55,149 nt of DNA from Candidatus Saccharimonadales bacterium (GTDB taxonomy: Bacteria; Patescibacteriota; Saccharimonadia; UBA4664; SCTI01). The notes under the pieces were generated by a model that saw nothing but the letters and a program-made list of their open reading frames with translations, was not told the DNA's origin and searched no databases. Shown here in pieces: positions 35,226-44,418 of the stretch (positions are counted from its first letter, which is position 1; each line of letters begins with the position of its first letter). The stretch covers positions 1-55,149 of the forward strand of contig DATIII010000003.1 of assembly GCA_035479795.1 (NCBI GenBank), written 5' to 3'. The position numbers and the translations under genes were made by a program.

Positions 35226-35633
35226 TTGGTGGAGTTTCTTGAAAAGAAGCTGAAGGAAATGCGCAAGCGTCTGGCGGTCCTCACGCCCGCAGTAGACGAG
35301 TCCAAGAGATTGGAGCTCGCAATTGCTGAGCTTGAGGAGATACTCAAGGCCTCAAACAGCTCTACCCGAGCGAAGCAGCCGACTCGCAAAACCAGCAAGG
35401 CAAAACGGCAAGCCCCCAGCGATTCGGGCCGTCCTCGCGGTCGGCCGAAGGGGTCGGGCACAAGGGGCAGGCAGGCACTGCGCCTGGTTCAGAAGCATCC
35501 CGGGATAACCATCCCTGAGCTGGCCAAGAAGATGAAGATCAAGCAGAACTACCTGTACCGGGTGCTCCCCGGTCTCGCGACTGACGGCTTGGTTCGCAAG
35601 GAAGGCACGGGCTGGCACGCCACCGGGTCCTAG
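35226..35633 (+). CDS. Basic DNA-binding protein: coiled coil + AT-hook-like GRPRGRP + winged helix
   Basis: Heptad N-terminus, SGRPRGRPKG, HPGITIPELAKKMKIKQNYLYRVL...GLVRKEG.GW. Confidence 0.8.
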   Translation: MVEFLEKKLKEMRKRLAVLTPAVDESKRLELAIAELEEILKASNSSTRAKQPTRKTSKAKRQAPSDSGRPRGRPKGSGTRGRQALRLVQKHPGITIPELAKKMKIKQNYLYRVLPGLATDGLVRKEGTGWHATGS

Positions 35634-35818
35634 TTCTACAACATCATCGAGGACCTGGAGCTAGCCGGACTCGGTGACTATGTGGCCCAACCCCTTCCGT
35701 AGGGCCACACCATCGCCCGCTAACCCTAGGACGCTCGCCGCCCTCGGGGTTGGCGGGCGTTCTGTATTTTAAGGCGAGCAAGGATCAAGCAGTACCTTGC
35801 TTATGGCACAAACGTAAA

Positions 35819-36469
35819 TTAGCTAACTTCGAGTAAGTAAAAGATGGCTGCAAAGCCGAGAATCAAAAAATAGGCGTAAGCCCAAAGCCCCAAAACGCCG
35901 ATGAGTCCACCCGCCGCGGCGGCCAAAGTGTAGTTATTGACCCCGCTGACTAGAGGCAGAAGAGCTGATATTGCCAGATTGCTGAGAACAGCTAAAACTG
36001 CTGCAATCACCAATGCGCCACCAGTTCTAGCCACTCGTGAGCTAAGCCGCTGATTAAAAGAAGGCTTATTAATATAGGAGGACTGCATCAAAAGGTCATT
36101 GGCGGAGCCGGCAAATGCGTTGACGATTTTTAGATAGATAAGATAAAACACTAGTCCAATTCCAGCCCAAAACAAAACTAGAATTATTTTCTCTGCATAA
36201 GGAACACTACTGAGGTTTGCCAGTAAGTCGGCCCAGCTACGATTAAATTCGACTGATGATATTCCAACCAAGCTAAAAAGAAAAGACTGAATCGAAGCAT
36301 TAAAGGCATAAATGAGAAAAACCACGGTAAGCAGGAAGCTCGCCAGGAATTGGTTTGGGGTGGGGATTATAACTTGGAGGACTTTGCGCAGAGATAGCTC
36401 AGTATTGGTATATGGTATGAACATACGAGAGTCGGTTATGCTTCGATGGTACAAGCAGGGAGAAGACAA
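35819..36469 (-). CDS. Hypothetical membrane protein (about 4 TM)
   Basis: Hydrophobic ORF; true start probably slightly internal. Confidence 0.7.
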   Translation of the reverse strand: MSSPCLYHRSITDSRMFIPYTNTELSLRKVLQVIIPTPNQFLASFLLTVVFLIYAFNASIQSFLFSLVGISSVEFNRSWADLLANLSSVPYAEKIILVLFWAGIGLVFYLIYLKIVNAFAGSANDLLMQSSYINKPSFNQRLSSRVARTGGALVIAAVLAVLSNLAISALLPLVSGVNNYTLAAAAGGLIGVLGLWAYAYFLILGFAAIFYLLEVS

Positions 36470-36484
36470 CGCAAGGTCGGTACC

Positions 36485-37057
36485 CTAATGATTTTGTCGG
36501 AGTTTTTTACGGTTTATTAAAATAACCATGACCGAATTAGTCACAATCATGGCAATAGAGTGCAGGGTGGTGGCCAGATTGTATGCCTGAAGTGAAAATA
36601 AGATGAGAATGTGACGGATGACGTTCGATCCGTAGAGTATCGGCTTTTCGCTTTTCGGACGATCATAAGTTTTGCGAAGCGTCGGCCCAAAGGCAATCAG
36701 ATCAATAGACACTGCAATGACAACCGAGACGGTTGGGTCCCGACTGATCGCCCATGGAATCAACCCAAGTAGGGCAGTAATCAAAAAATAGACATCGGAT
36801 TTCTTAACATACTTAAAGCCGTACTGGAGCGAGAAAATAAAGATAATAAAGGTAAAGACCTCAGAGGCGGCGATTGGCAGTATTCCAATCCCCGCGCCTT
36901 TGGCCAGCGAGCCAAAAAGCACGGTGGCGGACACGATCGACCAAACTAGCCAGGTAAACGGATGGGGCTTAACCCTTCTCGCAAACGCATCCACGAGATA
37001 TGGAATATTACCAATCAGGGCAAAAACTGTAGCCAGGTAGGCGGCGTTGGCTTTCAT
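36485..37057 (-). CDS. Hypothetical multi-TM membrane protein
   Basis: IPYL..., KPHPFTWLVW, FGPTLRKTY.RP.SE; 6-7 hydrophobic segments. Confidence 0.78.
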   Translation of the reverse strand: MKANAAYLATVFALIGNIPYLVDAFARRVKPHPFTWLVWSIVSATVLFGSLAKGAGIGILPIAASEVFTFIIFIFSLQYGFKYVKKSDVYFLITALLGLIPWAISRDPTVSVVIAVSIDLIAFGPTLRKTYDRPKSEKPILYGSNVIRHILILFSLQAYNLATTLHSIAMIVTNSVMVILINRKKLRQNH

Positions 37058-37119
37058 ATCTAACTAATTCGCCGTTGCCAGCTGCTCACGAGAACAGCAG
37101 CAGCCGGTGCGGGTATTTT

Positions 37120-37482
37120 TTAGGCACCGAGTTCATCAATTACCTGGCTGAGGTCTTGAGGATTAATTTTGGCTTTTACCAAATAACGATCAACCCCAAG
37201 TTTGGCCGCCTCATCCACAATCCTCGGGGTATCAAAGTTGCTTATGACAATCACCTTGGTTTTCGGCAGCCATTTCTTTAGCTCAAGTTCCTTAAGCATA
37301 TCGAGTCCGGAAGTACCCCGAAGCAGCATGTCGAGTAGGATTACCTGGGGCTTGGTTCGCTTAATCTTTTCCAATGCTTCCTCAGCAGTTGCCGCCGAGG
37401 TAACCTCATACCCTTGCTTACCCAAGGCATAGGCGTAGGTCAGGTTAATGTTTGGCTCGTCTTCGACAATCAAGACCTTCAT
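37120..37482 (-). CDS. Stand-alone response regulator receiver protein
   Basis: VLIVEDE, LLDMLL, ISNF, YLVKA. Confidence 0.9.
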   Translation of the reverse strand: MKVLIVEDEPNINLTYAYALGKQGYEVTSAATAEEALEKIKRTKPQVILLDMLLRGTSGLDMLKELELKKWLPKTKVIVISNFDTPRIVDEAAKLGVDRYLVKAKINPQDLSQVIDELGA

Positions 37483-37547
37483 TGCCCAAATTATATCATC
37501 ACAGCATTATCGTGTTAGGATTAACATAAGAACTAGGTGGCAACCGC

Positions 37548-37916
37548 ATGTCAAAAATACTCATAATCGACGATGATTACACGATCGCAGAGGCTTACAA
37601 AATAGCGTTTGAATCGAATGGGCACGAGGTTTCAGTGGCGCCTGAAGGCAAAACTGGCCTGGGTGTCGCCAACAGCCACCACTTCGACGTCATTTTACTC
37701 GATATGCTGATGCCCTACATGGGCGGTGTAGACTTTTTGGTGGATTATCAAGGCCCGGTCAAGCATCCTGATACCAAAATTATTGTCCTAACCAACAGCC
37801 TGGTACCGGCTAAGAGTGAAGAAAAGGTAAAAAGGCTAGGCGCCTCCGATTATCTCCAGAAATCCAGCCTAACACCCCAAAAAGTGGTTGGCATTGTGGA
37901 AGCCCTGCTGAAGTAA
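37548..37916 (+). CDS. Stand-alone response regulator receiver protein
   Basis: ILIIDDD, LLDMLMP, VLTN, YLQKS. Confidence 0.9.
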   Translation: MSKILIIDDDYTIAEAYKIAFESNGHEVSVAPEGKTGLGVANSHHFDVILLDMLMPYMGGVDFLVDYQGPVKHPDTKIIVLTNSLVPAKSEEKVKRLGASDYLQKSSLTPQKVVGIVEALLK

Positions 37917-37957
37917 AGGGTTTGACTCAGGCGATCAAGCATTAGCATAATACATAT

Positions 37958-39220
37958 ATGGTAGCGCCGTTTTTAAATCGCGATAATCCGGAGCAAATCC
38001 GTAAACGATTGCTGCTGCATGTCCGCGTGCGCTGGGCAGTTTTAACCGCCCTTATCGGTATTGGTACTGGCTACCAGCTGTCCGGTGGTGATATTGAAAT
38101 CAATCGCGGCACGCCGCTAGATATAATCATCCTGATCGTATCCGTTAACATCATAATCTGGGCAGCCGTTCGATACATCCATTCAGCATCGATTCTGCGA
38201 ATTATGACCCTGCTCCAGATTACCTTTGATCTAGCCGTATTTAGCGTAGCCACCTATATAACTGACGGGCCGGCCAGCCCAGCCGTCATCCTCTATTGCA
38301 TCCCGATTGTCATCTCCAGTGCACTGCTTGACGCCGCAGCGGTTTACTTTACCGCTATCACCAGCACCGCCTTTTACGCCCTGGTGTTGTGGCTGACCCA
38401 GATTGCCAGCGGTCGAAGCGACTGGCCCTATACCTACACTTCACAGATCATTTTCTTTGGCCTGGTTTTTGTGATTATGGCCTATGTGGCCGAGTTTCTT
38501 GGTAATCTTCGGCGAAATGAAGAGGGAGAGCGGGTACAGCTCGAAATGGTTTCACTGGCCACTCACCAGCTGCGAACGCCGGCTACGGCTGTCAAAGGCT
38601 TCCTATCCCTACTCCAGGATGGCGATATGGGAAAGCTCAACGCCGATCAACGCGATTTTATCCACCGAGCCTACGAGGAGAATGAAATGGAGTTACGACT
38701 CATCGGCAATATGCTGGATGTAGCCCACCTAGATCTTCAGCAGCTTAATTTCCATCCAGAGCAAGTCGACCTCCGCGCCATGATCGTGAGCCTGGCCGAA
38801 GAGCACAAACTGACGTCCACCAAGCGGAAGCAGACCCTGATTTTAAATATTCCGGAAAGTCCGGTGATATACCGATGTGATGAGCAGCTTCTTCGCATGG
38901 CCATGGACAATCTAGTGAGTAATGCTGTGAAATACGGTACGCCTACCGGAAACGTTAAAATTGGCCTCCGTGAGCTAACGCATAAAATCGTCATTACGAT
39001 TGAAGACAATGGGATTGGCATCGCGCGGGGCGACCAGCGCAAGCTGTTCAAACGCTTTTCGAGAGTGGGTAGCGATTCTAGCTCTCAAGTTGAAGGAGCT
39101 GGGTTGGGTTTGTATCTGGTAAAGAAGATCATGTCGATCCACGATAGTAAAATTGATGTGGTCTCATACCCTGGTGAGGGGTCGATATTTACGATAGAAT
39201 TGCCTAAAAGGAAACCCTAA
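37958..39220 (+). CDS. Membrane-bound sensor histidine kinase
   Basis: About five N-terminal TM; ATHQLRTP, NLVSNAVKY, DNGIGI, GAGLGLY. Confidence 0.92.
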   Translation: MVAPFLNRDNPEQIRKRLLLHVRVRWAVLTALIGIGTGYQLSGGDIEINRGTPLDIIILIVSVNIIIWAAVRYIHSASILRIMTLLQITFDLAVFSVATYITDGPASPAVILYCIPIVISSALLDAAAVYFTAITSTAFYALVLWLTQIASGRSDWPYTYTSQIIFFGLVFVIMAYVAEFLGNLRRNEEGERVQLEMVSLATHQLRTPATAVKGFLSLLQDGDMGKLNADQRDFIHRAYEENEMELRLIGNMLDVAHLDLQQLNFHPEQVDLRAMIVSLAEEHKLTSTKRKQTLILNIPESPVIYRCDEQLLRMAMDNLVSNAVKYGTPTGNVKIGLRELTHKIVITIEDNGIGIARGDQRKLFKRFSRVGSDSSSQVEGAGLGLYLVKKIMSIHDSKIDVVSYPGEGSIFTIELPKRKP

Positions 39221-39594
39221 TGGCTAAAGTCCTGGTCGTCGAAGATTACGCCAGTTTACAAAAAATATACAAAACCGCCCTGGCCATGCAAGGTCACGTT
39301 GTCGATGTAGCTAACAACGGCGATGAGGCCTTAGACTACACGGGCAAGAAGGAGTACGATGTCATCTTGCTCGACATGCTGATGCCCCAAACTGATGGCC
39401 TGAGCTTTTTGAAAATCTTTAGCGTCCGACACCGTGATGCTAAAACCAAAATCATTGCCTTTAGCAACCTGACTACCAGCGAGCTGGCTAGTGAGGCCCG
39501 CGAGCTAGGTGTTTCTAAATACCTAGCCAAACCGGCGCTGACCCCTAAGCAGGTCGCCGCCGAAATTGACGCAGTTTTAAAAGACTCTAACTAG
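39220..39594 (+). CDS. Stand-alone response regulator receiver protein
   Basis: VLVVED, LLDMLMP, FSN, YLAKP. Confidence 0.9.
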   Translation: MAKVLVVEDYASLQKIYKTALAMQGHVVDVANNGDEALDYTGKKEYDVILLDMLMPQTDGLSFLKIFSVRHRDAKTKIIAFSNLTTSELASEARELGVSKYLAKPALTPKQVAAEIDAVLKDSN

Positions 39595-39629
39595 CTTTTT
39601 ACCACAACCGTTCCAGCCGCCTTGGAACC

Positions 39630-41237
39630 TCAGTAGCTGGGTGGGCGGCCCTCAAGGTGAACGACCACTCCGTGCCATGGCGCCAGCTTTAATTCACCTA
39701 GCAGCTGCGCCCCCTCTTCGCCCCGAATGGTGCTCAATTGGACCTGACCGGCTACGCCATCGAGGGTTATTTTAAGATTAGAAAAGTTAATGAACACGGC
39801 AGTTTTCGATCCACGCAGATAGGCCCAGACGCGACCTGGACTAGGGAGTGATTGATAGGCCCCGGTTTGCAAGTCGGCAGTCTGGTTGCGGTAGGCAATC
39901 ACATCGCGAGTAAACCGCAGGGTGGAATCACTGCCGGCCGCCTGAGCCTCAACATTGCGATGGGCCGCCCAGCCAATGGGTAGCCAGGGCTTGGTATCTG
40001 GACTGGTAAAACCAGCTCCTGGGCCGGATTGCCATGGCATTGGTGTGCGAGCCTTATCGCGGCCGGTGTAGAGCGGCCATAACCGTTTACCGACTGAGTC
40101 TTGCAGCCGCCAGGGCATTACCAAAGTATCTTCCATGCCGATCTCGTCACCATAGTACAGAACCGGCGTACCCCGCAAAGTCAGCAGCATAAGTAGGCCG
40201 CAGCGAATTTTGCGTTCATCGGCTCGCGCCCAACGGCTGGGAAAGCGGGGCTGGTCGTGATTCGAACCGGTCCATACCGGCCAATCAGGCGACTTAATAA
40301 CGGCTTCGGTCTCCTCAACTAGCCGACGCAAATCGCGAGCCCGAAACTTGGATTGCAGAAAGGCGAAGTTAAACGCCAGCTCCAGTTCGTTATGGGTGCC
40401 GTAGAACGCCGCCAACTGATGCATGTCGTAGACCATGGTGGTTTCACCAAGCAGTAGTCGGCCAGGCCCGTTTTTATCGACAATTTGCCGCCAATGTCGC
40501 AAAATTCGATGAAGCTCAGGGCGCGAGGTGGTATAAATCGGCTCCTGACCCAATAGTTTCACCTCGTAGCCTTCGTCGTTGTTAGCCTCCGGATTATCAC
40601 GAAACAGCTGGTCTTTTATTAGCATGTTAAAGACATCAATCCGAAATCCACAGACGCCCTTGCCCAACCAGAATTTAAAAATGCGATCGAACTCGGCCTT
40701 GACCATGGGGTTGCGCCAGTTTAGATCCGCCTGTTCGGGTAGGAAATTGTGTAAAAAGTACTGATGAGTCGGGCGGTGATAGCTCCAAGCACTACCCCCA
40801 AACATCGACCGCCAGTTGGATGGAGGGCCGCCACCAGGTTTGGGGTCAGCCCAAATGTAATAGTCGCGGTATTCACTATCGCGGCCAATCAGCGCACTTT
40901 GAAACCAGGGATGATGGATGCTGGTATGGTTGGGCACCATGTCGATCAGAACTTTGATACCACGCTTAGCGGTTTCGGCGATTAATTGATCAAAGTCGGC
41001 CATACTGCCCAAGTGTGGATCAATGCTGTAATAATCAACCACATCGTAGCCCCAGTCGGCGTTGGCCGAAACCGTAATGGGCGACAACCAAATCCCGGCC
41101 ACACCTAAGTCTTTAAGATAATCCAGTTTGGAGATTACGCCCTGAAGATCGCCGATGCCATCACCGTTAGAGTCGCAAAATGACCTCACATAGATTTGAT
41201 AAATAATTCCGGTTTGCCACCACTGCGTATTACTCAC
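39630..41237 (-). CDS. GH13 alpha-glucosidase/oligo-1,6-glucosidase family enzyme
   Basis: YQIYVRSFCDSNGDGIGDL, DMVPNHTS, QADLNWRNP, GFRIDV, NHDQPR, YYGDEIGM, RDKARTPM. Confidence 0.93.
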   Translation of the reverse strand: MSNTQWWQTGIIYQIYVRSFCDSNGDGIGDLQGVISKLDYLKDLGVAGIWLSPITVSANADWGYDVVDYYSIDPHLGSMADFDQLIAETAKRGIKVLIDMVPNHTSIHHPWFQSALIGRDSEYRDYYIWADPKPGGGPPSNWRSMFGGSAWSYHRPTHQYFLHNFLPEQADLNWRNPMVKAEFDRIFKFWLGKGVCGFRIDVFNMLIKDQLFRDNPEANNDEGYEVKLLGQEPIYTTSRPELHRILRHWRQIVDKNGPGRLLLGETTMVYDMHQLAAFYGTHNELELAFNFAFLQSKFRARDLRRLVEETEAVIKSPDWPVWTGSNHDQPRFPSRWARADERKIRCGLLMLLTLRGTPVLYYGDEIGMEDTLVMPWRLQDSVGKRLWPLYTGRDKARTPMPWQSGPGAGFTSPDTKPWLPIGWAAHRNVEAQAAGSDSTLRFTRDVIAYRNQTADLQTGAYQSLPSPGRVWAYLRGSKTAVFINFSNLKITLDGVAGQVQLSTIRGEEGAQLLGELKLAPWHGVVVHLEGRPPSY

Positions 41238-41249
41238 CTCGCCACCCCA

Positions 41250-41972
41250 CTACTCCGATGCCACTAGCAAATCTTTGCGGATCTCTTGAACATCCCGAAT
41301 AAACCGCTCAGCTTGTTCTCGCCGGGGCCGCTTCAGCTCACTCAGCTCATACTGTTTCACAATATGTCCGGCGCTCATTAGGACCACTCGGTCAGCCAAG
41401 GTTACCGCTTCCTCCACCGAATGCGACACCATCAGAATAGTTTGTTTGGTTTCTTTCCAAATCTTTAACAAATCCTTATGCAAGTGTTCGGTAGTAGCAA
41501 TATCGAGGGCGGCAAATGGCTCGTCTAGAACAAGAACCTGAGGGTCAACTGCCAGAGCCCGCGCAATCCCCACTCTTTGCCGCTGACCGCCAGAAAGTTC
41601 CCGCGGACGTTTGGCGGCATAGTCGCTTAAGCCGGTCATTTCCAGATACAGGCGGGTCTTGCGACGGCGCTGGGCCAAGCTAGCGCCCTTGGCCGCCAGG
41701 ACAATTTCGACATTTTCGGAGACGGTCAACCAGGGGAAGAGTGCTCCAGATTGAAAAACCATGGAAACATTTTTGGGTCGCATAACCACCCCCGCGCTCT
41801 CGGTTTCCAGACCAGCCACGAGCTTAATCAGGGTCGATTTGCCACAACCTGAGGGGCCAACCAGCACGATAAACTCACCCTCAAAACCGGTGAAGTTTAT
41901 TTCGTTTAGCGCCGGGTGATCGGTCCCTGGGTAGGTTTTGGCCACGTCTTGAAGCTGGATTACTTTATTCAA
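41250..41972 (-). CDS. ABC transporter ATP-binding subunit (NitT/TauT type)
   Basis: GPSGCGKST, LSGGQRQRVGIARAL, LDEPFAALD, VSHSVEEA. Confidence 0.92.
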   Translation of the reverse strand: MNKVIQLQDVAKTYPGTDHPALNEINFTGFEGEFIVLVGPSGCGKSTLIKLVAGLETESAGVVMRPKNVSMVFQSGALFPWLTVSENVEIVLAAKGASLAQRRRKTRLYLEMTGLSDYAAKRPRELSGGQRQRVGIARALAVDPQVLVLDEPFAALDIATTEHLHKDLLKIWKETKQTILMVSHSVEEAVTLADRVVLMSAGHIVKQYELSELKRPRREQAERFIRDVQEIRKDLLVASE

Positions 41973-42777
41973 AACGGTATCTTTCTGCGTAATGTAAAAG
42001 CTTCTGCCAGATGAAAAAGTTCATTAGCGCGATAGCAATAATCATCGTAATAATGGCTGCTATAAAGACTCCGCTCTGGCCACTGGAGGCCGCATGTACC
42101 ATCAAACTACCAATGCCGAAGAGGTCAGAAGAGCTGGAGCTGCCAGGCAGATAGGTGTGCAAGACTTCTGCCACAATCAGCATATTCCAGCCTTCGGCCC
42201 AGGCTAGCAGCGATCCGGTTACCAGATAAGGAAAAACCGATGGGATCAGAACCCGTCGGAAGTAGGCTAGGCGGTTAATACCAAATACCTGCGCCGCCGA
42301 TTTGATGTCTCCCGGAATCAGCCGCAGGCCCCCGACGAGACTAAATACCAGGTTCCAGAGCATGTTAATAAAGACTATAAACACCGCTGCACCTTCTAGA
42401 AATTGAAATTTAACAAAGAAGACGATGACTACTGGGAAAAACGCTAGCACGGGTACTGACTGCAGAATATCGAAGGTTGGCAACAATATGCGCTCGGTCG
42501 TTGGACTTTTATTAATCCATAATGCCAGCGGTAGAGAAAGAACCAGCGCAAATCCAAAGGCAACCGTCAGTCTGATAACACTCAAAGTCAGCGCACCAAG
42601 CAACGAGAATACCGAGATGTGGCCAACACTGCCGACGCCGCTGAAAACCACAGCCGCCAACCCAATTGTTAGCAAGGGTACAAGCACCAAGCTATACAAG
42701 CGTTGGTGCAAATGAACCGGGTAGCTGTAGCCTGGGTGCCGGTGAATATGATGAATGTGCCGGCTGGATTTGGTCAT
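41965..42777 (-). CDS. ABC transporter permease (NitT/TauT type)
   Basis: DILQSVPVL, IPGDIKSAAQVFG (EAA-like loop), multiple TM. Confidence 0.88.
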   Translation of the reverse strand: MTKSSRHIHHIHRHPGYSYPVHLHQRLYSLVLVPLLTIGLAAVVFSGVGSVGHISVFSLLGALTLSVIRLTVAFGFALVLSLPLALWINKSPTTERILLPTFDILQSVPVLAFFPVVIVFFVKFQFLEGAAVFIVFINMLWNLVFSLVGGLRLIPGDIKSAAQVFGINRLAYFRRVLIPSVFPYLVTGSLLAWAEGWNMLIVAEVLHTYLPGSSSSSDLFGIGSLMVHAASSGQSGVFIAAIITMIIAIALMNFFIWQKLLHYAERYRFE

Positions 42778-42891
42778 GTCTTAAGTGGCTTTACCATAAC
42801 CATTATGACAGATTAGAAATGCAATTGCGACCGAGGAGGTTTGCCAGTCTTACTAAAATCCGGCACAATTTAAGCATAAGAGGATTTAGTG

Positions 42892-43056
42892 ATGGCTAAG
42901 AAAGAAGATTATAACGATGGCGGGATCGCCTTTATTGGGTGTATTGTGGCCGGAGCCGGCATTGGCTGGGCCGTTAATCCCAGCCTAATTGCGCCGGGAA
43001 CGCTGATTGGCTTGGGCGTTGGCTTTATCGCCATGGCCTTGTTAGCCCGCCGCTAG
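42892..43056 (+). CDS. 54-aa two-TM Gly-rich membrane protein (not in ORF track)
   Basis: Hand translation MAKKEDYNDGGIAFIGCIVAGAGIGWAVNPSLIAPGTLIGLGVGFIAMALLARR; TTGCCA-17-CACAAT promoter and GAGGA SD upstream. Confidence 0.7.
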   Translation: MAKKEDYNDGGIAFIGCIVAGAGIGWAVNPSLIAPGTLIGLGVGFIAMALLARR

Positions 43057-43139
43057 AGCCGCTCCTCAATCACAACGGTCACTTCGTCCCCCACGTCCTT
43101 GCCGATTGCCTGGCGAATAGAGACTCTGATGGTGATCAT
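43053..43139 (-). pseudogene. Truncated remnant resembling the C-terminus of DUF1905 proteins
   Basis: Hand translation MITIRVSIRQAIGKDVGDEVTVVIEERL; start abuts the DUF4287-like stop. Confidence 0.5.
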
Positions 43140-43351
43140 TTCTTATTAACCCACCCCTCGCTCTTGAACACCGCCCAAATCGCCATGGAATGGCCGTGTC
43201 CCAAGTCAAATTCCTGCTTTAGCCAATCAACCAGCTCACCAGCCTTCATATCCGGGTGATAAACCCCAGCCGACTGCGCCAAATCGCGCAGCCCCTCGGG
43301 CGTCCTCCCGGTTTTGGCTTTGATATTGTCGATATAAGCCTGGAATGTCAC
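43136..43351 (-). CDS. DUF4287-like small protein
   Basis: TFQAYIDNIKAKTG..., WLKQEFDLGHGHSMAI. Confidence 0.8.
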   Translation of the reverse strand: MTFQAYIDNIKAKTGRTPEGLRDLAQSAGVYHPDMKAGELVDWLKQEFDLGHGHSMAIWAVFKSEGWVNKK

Positions 43352-43449
43352 ATTTCTTCTCAAATAATTACTGGGGCCGTGTGGTGAGCGACATTAGAAG
43401 AATATTCGTAAATTTGGAGGACTTGGTTTATATCCCTAGGTTTTAGAGC

Positions 43450-44280
43450 CTACAAATCAATACTGAGCTCTCTTTGGACCACTGCATAACCGCCTATCCA
43501 GCACCTACCATTCTTAAATTTGCCGTATATCTCGGAAGGTCTGCCCATGGCTTTTCCTTGCGATATTCTATAAACATCTCGTCGCGGCAATGCTTCGTAA
43601 TGTCGCAAATACTCTAAAAAAGACCCTGCAGCCGTTCCAGTCGCAGCGTCTTCATAAATGCCGACACGGGGACAAAAGTTGCGTACTTCTGCCAGAATGT
43701 CATTTTTGGAAAGAACGAAGCAATGAAACCCAAAAAAATCGTGTTTTGAACTAGTTTTAACCAAACTTTTTTTATCAGGAGCTAAATTATTGAGTGCTTC
43801 TGTTGAAGTCATGGGTACAAGAAGTTGATTATTAACTATTTGGAGAGGAAGGTTATCGAATATTTCGGTATCTTTTACGCCAATGACCTCAGTTACCTCT
43901 GCCTTACTAACCAATTTTTTGAAAGCTTGCTCTGGCTGCTCCATAAAAACCTTGCCGTCATTGTCGACTTCGATACCGATTTGTCCTGCTAAAGTTTTAA
44001 TCTTATAAATTCCGGCAATACCTGAGTTTTGCTGAGTCAAAAGAACCCAGGAGGCGATTGTGGCGTGCCCACAAAGAGCGATTTCTTGAGTAGGGGTAAA
44101 ATAGCGGAAATTGTAGTCCATGCTCTCGCTCGGTAAAACAAAAGCCGTTTCTGACGCACCAACCGTGTGGGCAATGAGTTGCATTTGTGCCGCTGTAAGG
44201 TTGGAAGCGTCAAGTACTACTCCCGCCGGATTGCCGCCACCGGAAGTCCGAGTAAAGGCACTCACAATATGAACTTTCAT
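43450..44280 (-). CDS. PhzF family isomerase/epimerase
   Basis: AFT...GGNPAGVV, SETAF, RYFTP..EIALCGHAT, EDAATGTA, QGKAMGRPS; start set at MKVHIV because the ORF-track extension runs into tRNA-His. Confidence 0.92.
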   Translation of the reverse strand: MKVHIVSAFTRTSGGGNPAGVVLDASNLTAAQMQLIAHTVGASETAFVLPSESMDYNFRYFTPTQEIALCGHATIASWVLLTQQNSGIAGIYKIKTLAGQIGIEVDNDGKVFMEQPEQAFKKLVSKAEVTEVIGVKDTEIFDNLPLQIVNNQLLVPMTSTEALNNLAPDKKSLVKTSSKHDFFGFHCFVLSKNDILAEVRNFCPRVGIYEDAATGTAAGSFLEYLRHYEALPRRDVYRISQGKAMGRPSEIYGKFKNGRCWIGGYAVVQRELSIDL

Positions 44281-44330
44281 ACCTACATCATAACAAAAAC
44301 GGCCTCTCGACCGTTTAAGCATAAGTACTA

Positions 44331-44408
44331 TGGGGCGAGATATGGGGCTTGAACCCACGACCTCCGGTACCACAAACCGGCGCTCTAACCAACTGAGCTA
44401 ATCTCGCC
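44331..44408 (-). tRNA. tRNA-His (GTG) with encoded G-1
   Basis: G-GCGAGAT/ATCTCGC-C-CCA, CCGGT-ttGTGgt-ACCGG arm. Confidence 0.96.
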
Positions 44409-44418
44409 AAGTTTTCAA

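Noticed and set aside
35634-35702. 22 coding-like codons in frame after the TAG of the AT-hook/wHTH gene (possible read-through)
   Set aside because: The winged helix is complete before the stop, there is no recoding signal, and the tail is too short to support a claim
34996-35760. Prophage or integrative element at tRNA-Lys
   Set aside because: The duplicated tRNA end encloses only 147 nt; there are no integrase, phage or conjugation genes, and the adjacent gene lies outside the duplication
44281-44373. PhzF N-terminal extension (MVPEVVGSSP...)
   Set aside because: It is a translation of tRNA-His and its trailer
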